From IMG/VR virus record IMGVR_UViG_3300037195_000767: a DNA stretch of 64,000 bases; one strand, written 5' to 3'. This document shows positions 9,815 through 19,398 of the stretch, in pieces (positions within the stretch are counted from its first letter, which is position 1; every line of letters starts with the position of its first letter). This stretch comes from an uncultured virus (IMG/VR IMGVR_UViG_3300037195_000767) (taxonomy: Duplodnaviria; Heunggongvirae; Uroviricota; Caudoviricetes). The translations under genes and the position numbers were made by a program. The notes beneath the pieces were generated by a model. The model was not told where the DNA came from, ran no database searches, and saw nothing but the letters and a program-made list of their open reading frames with translations.

Positions 9815-11267
9815 GTTTATTAAAATAAAACCTATAGGAGATGTATTAACAGGAACTGTATTTAAGATACAGTCTGATGATATATCAACTAAATCTGTTA
9901 TTACTAATCATTCTGGAGATAGTTTATTTACTACAGAATTAAAGGAAGGTGATAAAATTACATTTTATAATAGTAAAAATAAACTTAATTTAATTAAAAA
10001 AACTTATACTGTATATTCTATAACAAGTAATACAGTTTTAACAGCTATTGAAGTATCTGTTTTAGATGATAATTTAACAGCTGATCAAAATGGTAAAATT
10101 ACTTATTATACTGCTATTAAAGAACTTGATACTTCTTATAATACATATCCTGATAAAAGAATTTTAAAAAAGTCTATAGTTGGGTATAAAGAAGATATAT
10201 ATTTTTCTGATATTTCTTTATTAGATGTAGATCCTTCTTTAGTTGATATAGATGAATATGATTTAGTATCTGTATCTACTCCAATTAAATTTGGAGGTTC
10301 TAATCAGCCACATCTTCAAGTTATGGGACATTGTACTTCTAATAAAAAGATTGATTATAAAGTTCAAATAGATGGAGCAGGAGCTGCACATGTAACTACT
10401 GTAACTTGCGTAGCTGATAGTGGGGGTAGTTTAAATCAAACTGGTTTTATTTTTTATACAATTAGTGGTCCTGTCGCTGTTGTAATATCTGTTAATCAGG
10501 GTGACACTATAAATGCTGCTGTAACTTATCCTTCATATGGATTTAAAGCTCTAATACCTGTATATATAGATGCTGGTACTTCAGCTAATGATGTTTGTAC
10601 AGCTGTTTTTAATGCTCTAAACGACTCTGATTTGAAAGCTGTAATAACTGCTTTTACAGTAAGTAATAAAAGTAGTGCTACTTTTAGAATAAATAATGTA
10701 GCTAAAGGAGCTGTAACTTTAGCTAAGGTATTACCTAGTATGACTTCTTCTTCTACAGGAATTAGTTTTTCTAGTTCTGATGGTACAAGTAGTCTTACAG
10801 ATACAAATTTTGAATCTGATGGATTAGATTCTACTGTATGGGCAGAATATGATAGAATAGAAATAAGAGATTCAGAAAAAAATAATGGATTTTATCAAGT
10901 TCATAATAGAACTGATGGTAAAATAATTATTAAAGGTAATAGATTTGTAAATGAAGATGCTGGTTATCCTGTAATTATAAAAAATGCTCTATTTGAATCT
11001 AGTGGTTTTAGTTTTGCAACAACAGTTCTAGGTAGTAATAGTACATTTAAATGGTCAGATACTGGAGGAGAAATATGGAATGAATCTACAGTAACTATAA
11101 AAGGAATGCATTATTTAAGTAATGGAGTTAGAATATTATTTCCTTTACTTAATGATTATACTGCTAATGATTATTGGACTTTTAGTTTTCCAAAACCAAA
11201 TATGATTAAAACAAGAAATAAAATAACAGAATTAGATAATATTTATAAATGTACTAATTTATGTTAA
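9807..11267 (+). CDS. putative tail-associated structural protein
   Basis: Beta-rich multi-domain ORF, translationally coupled to the tail ring gene. Confidence 0.55.
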   Translation: MNEFIKIKPIGDVLTGTVFKIQSDDISTKSVITNHSGDSLFTTELKEGDKITFYNSKNKLNLIKKTYTVYSITSNTVLTAIEVSVLDDNLTADQNGKITYYTAIKELDTSYNTYPDKRILKKSIVGYKEDIYFSDISLLDVDPSLVDIDEYDLVSVSTPIKFGGSNQPHLQVMGHCTSNKKIDYKVQIDGAGAAHVTTVTCVADSGGSLNQTGFIFYTISGPVAVVISVNQGDTINAAVTYPSYGFKALIPVYIDAGTSANDVCTAVFNALNDSDLKAVITAFTVSNKSSATFRINNVAKGAVTLAKVLPSMTSSSTGISFSSSDGTSSLTDTNFESDGLDSTVWAEYDRIEIRDSEKNNGFYQVHNRTDGKIIIKGNRFVNEDAGYPVIIKNALFESSGFSFATTVLGSNSTFKWSDTGGEIWNESTVTIKGMHYLSNGVRILFPLLNDYTANDYWTFSFPKPNMIKTRNKITELDNIYKCTNLC

Positions 11268-11983
11268 TAAGAGATGTAATATCAAGAATAAAAGCTTTAT
11301 ATAATAAAGGAGCTGCTAGTGATGATAGTAGACTTTCTAATAGACATGTATACTCTAAAATAAGATCAACAAGATCTTTACTTATTAAAAGAGAACAAGA
11401 TAAGAAAGTAAAAACTAATCCTTGGAATATACAGGTACTTAATTGTATACAATTAGAAGTAGTAGATCCTTCTTCTTGTGATTGTGTTGTATCTGATGGT
11501 TGTAAATTATTAAGATCTAAATGTAAATTACCTAAACCTATACAAAGTAAATTAGGTACTGGTATTGAAAATGTTAGTACTATAGATGGTAGTGTAGTAT
11601 TTTCTCCTACTACATGGGCTAAAAAAAGATATAAATCTGGTAATAAATATACATCTAATGTCTCTGATTATTTTGTAAGAGACGAATATTTATATGTAAC
11701 ACATAATACATTATTAACTACAATAGCTGTTGGTGGTATTTTTGAAGATCCTTATGCTGTAGAAGATTTTAATGCTAATGGTGATTGTGCGTGTGATTCG
11801 TCTAAATACGAACCATGTGTAAATCCTATGAATAGTCAATTAGCTCTTGATGAATTTTTACTAGAACCGTTAATGCAATTATGTGTACAAGAATTAATAC
11901 AGGTATTTGCTATGATGCCTGAAGATAAAGAGAATGACGCTTCTTCTCCTAATGTAACAAAAGCTCCTGGTCCTAGTGCTTAA
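11261..11983 (+). CDS. crAss-like tail ring protein
   Basis: Size, N-terminal SDDSRLSNRHV-type motif, GIFEDP, and position before the IHF/Ttub/Tstab genes. Confidence 0.6.
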   Translation: MLIRDVISRIKALYNKGAASDDSRLSNRHVYSKIRSTRSLLIKREQDKKVKTNPWNIQVLNCIQLEVVDPSSCDCVVSDGCKLLRSKCKLPKPIQSKLGTGIENVSTIDGSVVFSPTTWAKKRYKSGNKYTSNVSDYFVRDEYLYVTHNTLLTTIAVGGIFEDPYAVEDFNANGDCACDSSKYEPCVNPMNSQLALDEFLLEPLMQLCVQELIQVFAMMPEDKENDASSPNVTKAPGPSA

Positions 11984-12383
11984 ATCTACTACATTAAAAG
12001 ATAGTTTTAAAGACTATAAGAAGGAAGGAGGGGATTTAGAATATAAAGTATATAGAGATATATGCGAAGAATATAACGAAGAAGTTATTAATAATATAAT
12101 ACTAGATACGTTAGAATTTAAAATCCCTAATAGATTAGGGAGTATAAGAATAAAAAAAGTTAAAGGTAGTCCTAAAAGAGTTGATTGGGCTTTAACTAAA
12201 AAATATAATAAAAAGATATATCATCTTAATATGCATACAGATGGATATTATTATAAATGGATGTGGCATAAAAAAGATGCTTTATTTACAAATAAGTCTG
12301 TGTATTCTTTTACAGCTCCTAGAAAAGCTAAAAGAAAAATGGCAGATCTTTTAAAGAAAAACGAAATAGATTTTTTTAATTAA
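11976..12383 (+). CDS. IHF/HU-like DNA-binding protein (crAss-type)
   Basis: Basic protein with FKIPNRLGSIRIKK HU-like strand-turn-strand and a C-terminal FTAPRKAKRKM helix. Confidence 0.75.
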   Translation: MLKSTTLKDSFKDYKKEGGDLEYKVYRDICEEYNEEVINNIILDTLEFKIPNRLGSIRIKKVKGSPKRVDWALTKKYNKKIYHLNMHTDGYYYKWMWHKKDALFTNKSVYSFTAPRKAKRKMADLLKKNEIDFFN

Positions 12384-12385
12384 TT

Positions 12386-13330
12386 ATGGCTGAATTACAA
12401 TTAGTAAGTATGGAAAGAATCCTAGCTGGTGTCTATAGAGATGCTGGTATAGATTCATCTCAAGAGTTAAGTGAAAATGACTTAGTAGAATGGGCTGCTG
12501 AAGCTCTTGAGTTTATTGGAGCTTATCCTCAATATCAAGAATCTGTAGATTATTTAGACGTATCTGAATATAGAGCTGAAATTCCATGTGGATTTCATAA
12601 ACTAGTACAGATTGCTTATAAGACTACTGGAGGAGATGCTTGTGGTTGTGCTATTAAAATTAAAAGTTCTGATGGATCTACTGAGTCTTGTGGTAGTTCT
12701 ACTTGTGGTTGTGGAGGTTCTTCTACAGATCCTTGTGAAGCTGTTACTATGGCAGAAGATGCTATTGTAACACAAGCTCAGCAGTTAATAGATTATCATC
12801 TTACATATAGATTTAGTATTACTAACTCTTATTGGAAACATTGGAAACCAATGAGATTAGCTTCTTCAGCTTTCTCAAAAGGTAAAACAGCTCATTGTGA
12901 TAATTGTATAAATATATCAGCTACTTGTGAAGAAGAATATAATATAGATCATCCTTATATTAGAACTAGTTTTAAAACTGGGAAGATTTGTATAGCTTAT
13001 ATAAAACAACCTTTAGATGATAGAGGATGGCCTATGATACCTGATACAGTTAGTTATGTAGAAGCTATTAAAAGATATGTTATATATAAATTAAAATATT
13101 CTGAGTTTCTTAAAGGACAATTTCCAGCACAGACTTTTATGAAATTAGAAGATGACTGGCAATGGTATTGTAGACAAGCTAGAAATAAAGCAAATATGCC
13201 TAATACTATAGATAAGATGGAAAATCTTTTAGCTATGCGTAAAAGGATGTTTAGTAAAGAAAATCGTTATTATGGATTCTTTGGTAATTTAAATCAGAGA
13301 GAAAGATTAACGTTACAAGGTAAAAATTAA
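12386..13330 (+). CDS. tail tubular/ring protein (Ttub-like)
   Basis: DLVEWAAEALEFIG, IRTSFKTG, LDDRGWPMIPD motifs; synteny with IHF and muzzle genes. Confidence 0.7.
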   Translation: MAELQLVSMERILAGVYRDAGIDSSQELSENDLVEWAAEALEFIGAYPQYQESVDYLDVSEYRAEIPCGFHKLVQIAYKTTGGDACGCAIKIKSSDGSTESCGSSTCGCGGSSTDPCEAVTMAEDAIVTQAQQLIDYHLTYRFSITNSYWKHWKPMRLASSAFSKGKTAHCDNCINISATCEEEYNIDHPYIRTSFKTGKICIAYIKQPLDDRGWPMIPDTVSYVEAIKRYVIYKLKYSEFLKGQFPAQTFMKLEDDWQWYCRQARNKANMPNTIDKMENLLAMRKRMFSKENRYYGFFGNLNQRERLTLQGKN

Positions 13331-13352
13331 TAATAAATAAAAAATTAAATAA

Positions 13353-13748
13353 ATGGCAACAACAGCAAAATTAACATTAACAAGCGCTGATCTATTATCT
13401 GATGCATTATCTTTAGAAGTTTCGTCAACTTTATATAAAGCTGGTGCTTCTACAGATGTCGCATTATCAACTGGTTTAGCTCGTTATAGTACAGGTAGTA
13501 CAAGTGAAACTAAATTATTAGAATCAGATAATTATACTTCAGCTAAGGCTCATAAACTTTATATAAAAAATACCTCAACTACAAGAACAGATTATGTAGA
13601 TATTCTTGTAGGTACAATCAGTGGAACGTGGTTAGGAAGATTGTATGGAGGAGAATGGGGTTTGATACCATGGTCAGGTAATAATGACATAAATCTTACT
13701 CAAAGCGCTACAAGTATTGTAGTAGAGTGGATGTTATTCTACGAATAA
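13353..13748 (+). CDS. small beta-rich structural protein (paralog family A)
   Basis: KLYIKN...RLYGGEWGLIPW...EWMLFYE pattern. Confidence 0.6.
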   Translation: MATTAKLTLTSADLLSDALSLEVSSTLYKAGASTDVALSTGLARYSTGSTSETKLLESDNYTSAKAHKLYIKNTSTTRTDYVDILVGTISGTWLGRLYGGEWGLIPWSGNNDINLTQSATSIVVEWMLFYE

Positions 13749-13771
13749 AATAGTTAGTTAAATTTATATAA

Positions 13772-16700
13772 ATGGCTAAGAAGCAGGATCAAGAAAAGAA
13801 ATCACAAGTTCCTTCTATTAAGAATGTAGATATAGAGCAACCTTTAAAAGGTATGAATCAGGATATGAGTACTCAAACTCAACCTGATGGTACTTATAGA
13901 TTTGCTTTAAATGCAGTTAATAATACAGAAGAAGGACAGCAAGGTTTTTTAAGTACTGAAGAAGGTAACTTTAAATGTATGGAATTAGATCATAATCCTA
14001 CGATATATATAGTAGAGGATCTTGATAATATACCTAATCCTCCAGTAGCGTCCCCAATAACCTTGACTGGTAATTGGCTAGTAATAGGACATGTTTATGT
14101 AGGAGAAGATAGAATTATAGTCTTTCTTACTGGGGAATTTATTGGAGGATCTCTTTTTAATGGAAATCTTAGTCGTATTATAGAATTTAATATAGATACT
14201 TGTGAAACTAAAATATTATTAACTTCAGATTGTTTAAACTTTGATATAGATCATCAGATTCAAGGTGTACATAGAATAAGAAAAGGATGCGAACGTAATC
14301 TATATTTTACAGATAATAATAACGAACCTAGACAAATGAATCTAGATTCTTTAGATAATTATTTAAAATTAGGTGTTCCTCCTATATCTGTATGGGAGAA
14401 TACTTCTTTTCCTTTTGAATCTGTTGTTAATATTTGGGATTGTAAAACATTTAGATTATTTCCTTTAGTAGAAGTTCCTAATATTAATTATATAAGAACA
14501 GATGATAGTGGAGGTTTTAATATGAAACCTGGTACTTATCAAGTATGTATTAGATATTTAGATAGTGATTTAAATCCTACTAGATTCTTTGATATATGTA
14601 ATCCTATACCTATATATAATGATATTACTGAACCTCAAAATATAAGTTTTCATGATATAGAAGGTTCAGATAGTTATAGCATTGATGATGATGGTGTAGC
14701 TACAGGAAGACTTACTACAAAATCTATAGTATATAATTTTACTAGATTAGATACTTCATATTCTTATGTAGATGTAATTGTTATACCAAGTACTACAGGT
14801 ACAGGTATGAATGATGGTATTGCTTATATTGTAGATACTATCCCTATTATAGGACAGACTTCACTTCAATATAGATTTAGAGGAATAGATCCAGAAATAG
14901 CTAAAGAAATTACTTTAGAAGAAGTATTAGTTCCTAATATAGGATATGCAAAAGCTAAAACAATAGAACAAAGTGAAAATAGATTACTATTAGGTAATCT
15001 TACATCTAACGCTATAGATCATGCTGCATTTCAAAAAGCAGCTAATAATATAACTAGTAAGTATATAACTAAAACTGTAAACGCTTTTAGTAAAACAGAT
15101 ACTCCTAAAGGAGGTGATTATTACTTTGATGGTAGATCTTATATGAGAGATGAAGTATATTCATTTGCTATAGTATGGGTATTTAATGATGGATCTGAAT
15201 CTCCAGCTTATCATATTCCTGGTAGAGCTATGAATCTTGATGATACTAGAAATAATATCGGAGCTAATGATATAAACCATCCAATAGATCCTTTTTATGA
15301 CGCAACTTTAGGAGCGGAACATAATAGAGAATTATGTTCTAATGCTGTAGCTTCAGCAACTATTACTTCTACAGGTGCTAATAGTACTTCAGCTCAATGG
15401 GATGGAGCATCTTATCTTGCAGATACTCATAATATGAGTCATATTACATCTGATGGTACTGATGACGCTACTAATAATCCTACTTACCAACGATGGAAAG
15501 TATATAATACTGCTATACGTGATCAAGCATCATTTGATGCTACAGGAGATACATTTTTTACTGAAGGACAAATGGCTTATTGGGAATCAGAAGATCATGT
15601 GTATCCAGATTTAAGAGATTGTGATGGTAATGTTATATATGAAATTACTACAACTGATCAGTTTGGAAATGTTACACAAGTAGAAGATTTAACAGGTCAA
15701 CCAATTAGGCATCATAAAATGCCTGATACAACATTAGAACCTCATTTTTATGGTAATAGTGCCGAAGATCCATATGCTTATCCAAATGTAAATGGAAATG
15801 GTGGTAATGCTATATTTAGAAATAATAGTGAAAAATTATCTATATTAGGTGTAAGATTTAATAATGTTTTTCCTCCAGTAGGTAACGCATTTGATGGAGA
15901 ATCTTGGGATCAAAAAGTACAAGGATATAAAATAGTTAAACAAGAGAGAACTAATCTTGATAAAACTGTTTTAGACAAAGGAATTATATATTATAATTAT
16001 CAAGCTAGAACTTATTCTTCTGGAGGTGGAGGAAATGTGGTTGGTGGAGGAGCTATAGAAGAATTTTGTATGCAAACTGATGCGGGTGGAGCAGTAAGTG
16101 ATATACCATGTCACTTTTGGTTTCAAGGTAATCACTATAATAAACATATAGGATTTTTTAGATCTAATGATAATGGAAATGAGTGGTGGATCATTGGTGC
16201 TTCTAATACTTCATGGTCGCCAGATGAAAATCCTTATGAGGTAGGTAATTGGAATGTGTGGTGGAATGGGGATTTACAAGCTAGTGTTTCTTTATTAGTA
16301 CCTTCAGGTTGTGATTCTGTAGGAGCTTTTAATAATAATGCTAATTCTTGTACTCACGGTACTGATTGTGGTAGATGTGAAAGTACTACTTCTGCATGTA
16401 AACCTTATTCTAATATAGAATGGGGAGGAACAGATTGGAATGGTGGTCAAAGTAGTGGTTGGAATAGTTGGGCAAGTTGGCCATTTCATAATGCTAATAC
16501 ACTAACAATAGGTTCTCCAAATACAGATCCATCAAATTTTACAAGTGCTACTGGTTCAGATACTAGACAATTTCTAAGTGGAAGTTTTACTAATAATCTT
16601 TCTTATCATGGAGCAATAACTAAGTTTGTAGAAGGGGATCCTAATCCAACGTATATTAAAATAGAAAGAACTTTAGAAGGAATATTATACCAAAAAGATT

Positions 16701-19387
16701 GTTATGAATCTGATCATATGACTGGTTGTGATCCTACTACTTGGTGGACAGGACAAACTCCTGAAGGAAGTTATATAGCAAGTGTATGTAGATATAATAA
16801 AAGTATTGTTCCTTATTATAATATAACTCAGGGCGTACCTAATATGCATAATGGCCATTTTACTTGGCCTAATCATAATTTTCCTTTATCTAATAGAACT
16901 ATTTCAAATTCGTTTGGTACAGAATGTGAGGGTAGAGTAGATGGAGGTATAAGTGATTTTGGTTCTCCTAGTCCTATAAGTTCTATTGATAATTGTCATC
17001 AAGGTGATGCTTTTGTTGTAGAACTTACAGGAAATACTCAATGGAATAATTTTGATTATGGTATGCCTATACCTGGATTTAATACAGGTTTTAGTACTAT
17101 TAGAGATGATAATAGTAATGTAGGAGAATGTAGAGGGGGAGATCATAATCCTACTGATGCTAATAATAATGTTAATACTCCAGATATAGCACCAGCTGAT
17201 AATGATATGAATAATAATGATGTTTATAGTACATGTCATTATGTATCTTTAAAAGTAAATAATCCAGCACAATATGGTCCTATATTATCTGCAATATATA
17301 TACCTTCATCTAATAATTTAACTTATAGAGATGATGCAGATTTTAATATTCCTAATATTGGTAATCCAGGTCCTGTAACATGGTTAACACCTACTCCATC
17401 TACTTCTCCATATGGTCCTAATTTTGATTTAAGTACAACTGAAGAGTATAATGGAGATATATTTATTAGTAGGTTAGCATTTAGAAAACATGGACATTTT
17501 AAAAAATGTGCAGGAAATAATGCTATTTTCCTTGCTTCTAGTCAAGTTGCTTATTTAGTTACAAGACAGACTCCTTATTTTTTCATAGAGTCTGAAATTA
17601 ATACTGATTTAAGACATGGAGGAAATCTTACAGAAGAAAGATGGTATCCTTATAATTTTGAAGGTAATAATACTTTAAATGTAAATAATTTTTGGCATGA
17701 TAAAGAAAATCTTGGTTTAATAGCAGCAGATACTGCAGGAGTTAGAGAAGTATATGGTTGGGATGGTATAGATAATGCAGAAAAATATGGATTTCCTGGA
17801 GATTATCCTGTAATGTGTGAACAATATAATTATAATAAAGATTATAGTAAAGTAAATAATGAAAATAAATACTTTGGGTTGCCTTTAGGATTTGATTATT
17901 GTAGTGATTGTTATACTAATTTTCCACATAGAATTGTTTATTCTATACAAGCTTTTCAAGAAGAAACAGCAGATAATTTTAGAGTATTTACATCAGAATC
18001 TTATACAGATATTCCAGGACATAGAGGAGATATAACTAATATATTTACTTTAAATAATAAATTATATGCGCATACTGAAGAATCTTTATGGACATTATTT
18101 ACATCTCAAGAAACTTTACAAACTACAGAAGGTACTGAAGTTGCATTAGGTACTGGAGCGTTCCTTTCTAAACCACCTAGAGAGATCATAGAGGCACAAA
18201 CAGGATATGGAGGTAGTGTATCTCAATGGGCTAGTTTAAATACAAGTCAGGGTACTTTCTTTGTTGATGCTACTGATGGTAAAGTATTTTTATTAGGAGA
18301 GAAATTACAAAATATATCTGCATCAGGTATGTCTAATTGGTTTGAAGAACATATTCCTTTTATTTTATTAGATATTGTACCTAATTTTATACAAGTAGAT
18401 AATCCAGCTAATCCTATAGGTATTGGATATATAGTAGCTTTAGATAGAAATAATCAAAGAGTTATAGTAACTAAGAAAGATTATAGACCTCGACCTTTTA
18501 ACGTACAACAAGGAATGTGTCAATTGCAATATATTGTAAATGATTCTAAAGGCCGTTGGAGAGATAATATTTCAGGAAATGATATAACTAATCCATATGA
18601 AAGACCAGATTGTTTTGAAAATTTATCTTGGACTGCTAGTTATTCTTTATTAACTGGATCATGGACTTCTTTTCATTCTTATTTACCAACTAATTATATT
18701 GTAGGTAAAGATACTTTCCAATCAATAATAAATAATCATAATAATCTAGTTCCTGCTGAAGGAAAGCATGATGTAAATCTAAATAAGAATAATTATTTAA
18801 GATTTTATGGTACTATAGAAAAATTTATTATAGATACAATATCTACTACAAATCCTTTAATTACAGAAACTTACGAGAATTATCATTATCATTCTAAAGC
18901 TAAAGAATACGATAGTCAAACAAACCAATGGATAGATTTAAGAAATATAACATTCGATCAAGTTATATTATATAATGATTATCAATGTACTAGATTACTT
19001 GATTTTAATAAAAGAATAGATAATCAATCTAATATGTTAGGATCTATACAAAATAATCCTAATCAGATATTACTAGATATAAAAGAAAGGGTATGGTCTT
19101 TTAATGGATTTAGAGATATGATTCTTGATAGAAATCAATCTATGTTTACAACTGATTGGAATAATACTTTTATACAGTCAGATTATTTTATTGATAAAGT
19201 TATAAATCCAATAGCATTCATAGATCCAGTCACAGGTTTAGGTACAAGACCATGGAATGAACAACAAAAATTTAGAGATAAATATTTGGGTATTAGATTA
19301 ATTTTTAGTAACTTAGCAGGTAGTCTAACTATACCTAAAATAACATTTAATTATTTACAATCGGGAATGACTAAATCTTCTCGTTAA
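13772..19387 (+). CDS. tail stabilization / muzzle protein (Tstab-like)
   Basis: KGMNQD...GTYRFALNAV start, LYFTDNNNEPR, NRLLLGN, SYMRDEVYSFAIV and WTSFHSYLP motifs recognised as typical of the Crassvirales muzzle protein. Confidence 0.8.
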   Translation: MAKKQDQEKKSQVPSIKNVDIEQPLKGMNQDMSTQTQPDGTYRFALNAVNNTEEGQQGFLSTEEGNFKCMELDHNPTIYIVEDLDNIPNPPVASPITLTGNWLVIGHVYVGEDRIIVFLTGEFIGGSLFNGNLSRIIEFNIDTCETKILLTSDCLNFDIDHQIQGVHRIRKGCERNLYFTDNNNEPRQMNLDSLDNYLKLGVPPISVWENTSFPFESVVNIWDCKTFRLFPLVEVPNINYIRTDDSGGFNMKPGTYQVCIRYLDSDLNPTRFFDICNPIPIYNDITEPQNISFHDIEGSDSYSIDDDGVATGRLTTKSIVYNFTRLDTSYSYVDVIVIPSTTGTGMNDGIAYIVDTIPIIGQTSLQYRFRGIDPEIAKEITLEEVLVPNIGYAKAKTIEQSENRLLLGNLTSNAIDHAAFQKAANNITSKYITKTVNAFSKTDTPKGGDYYFDGRSYMRDEVYSFAIVWVFNDGSESPAYHIPGRAMNLDDTRNNIGANDINHPIDPFYDATLGAEHNRELCSNAVASATITSTGANSTSAQWDGASYLADTHNMSHITSDGTDDATNNPTYQRWKVYNTAIRDQASFDATGDTFFTEGQMAYWESEDHVYPDLRDCDGNVIYEITTTDQFGNVTQVEDLTGQPIRHHKMPDTTLEPHFYGNSAEDPYAYPNVNGNGGNAIFRNNSEKLSILGVRFNNVFPPVGNAFDGESWDQKVQGYKIVKQERTNLDKTVLDKGIIYYNYQARTYSSGGGGNVVGGGAIEEFCMQTDAGGAVSDIPCHFWFQGNHYNKHIGFFRSNDNGNEWWIIGASNTSWSPDENPYEVGNWNVWWNGDLQASVSLLVPSGCDSVGAFNNNANSCTHGTDCGRCESTTSACKPYSNIEWGGTDWNGGQSSGWNSWASWPFHNANTLTIGSPNTDPSNFTSATGSDTRQFLSGSFTNNLSYHGAITKFVEGDPNPTYIKIERTLEGILYQKDCYESDHMTGCDPTTWWTGQTPEGSYIASVCRYNKSIVPYYNITQGVPNMHNGHFTWPNHNFPLSNRTISNSFGTECEGRVDGGISDFGSPSPISSIDNCHQGDAFVVELTGNTQWNNFDYGMPIPGFNTGFSTIRDDNSNVGECRGGDHNPTDANNNVNTPDIAPADNDMNNNDVYSTCHYVSLKVNNPAQYGPILSAIYIPSSNNLTYRDDADFNIPNIGNPGPVTWLTPTPSTSPYGPNFDLSTTEEYNGDIFISRLAFRKHGHFKKCAGNNAIFLASSQVAYLVTRQTPYFFIESEINTDLRHGGNLTEERWYPYNFEGNNTLNVNNFWHDKENLGLIAADTAGVREVYGWDGIDNAEKYGFPGDYPVMCEQYNYNKDYSKVNNENKYFGLPLGFDYCSDCYTNFPHRIVYSIQAFQEETADNFRVFTSESYTDIPGHRGDITNIFTLNNKLYAHTEESLWTLFTSQETLQTTEGTEVALGTGAFLSKPPREIIEAQTGYGGSVSQWASLNTSQGTFFVDATDGKVFLLGEKLQNISASGMSNWFEEHIPFILLDIVPNFIQVDNPANPIGIGYIVALDRNNQRVIVTKKDYRPRPFNVQQGMCQLQYIVNDSKGRWRDNISGNDITNPYERPDCFENLSWTASYSLLTGSWTSFHSYLPTNYIVGKDTFQSIINNHNNLVPAEGKHDVNLNKNNYLRFYGTIEKFIIDTISTTNPLITETYENYHYHSKAKEYDSQTNQWIDLRNITFDQVILYNDYQCTRLLDFNKRIDNQSNMLGSIQNNPNQILLDIKERVWSFNGFRDMILDRNQSMFTTDWNNTFIQSDYFIDKVINPIAFIDPVTGLGTRPWNEQQKFRDKYLGIRLIFSNLAGSLTIPKITFNYLQSGMTKSSR

Positions 19388-19398
19388 TATATAAAATT

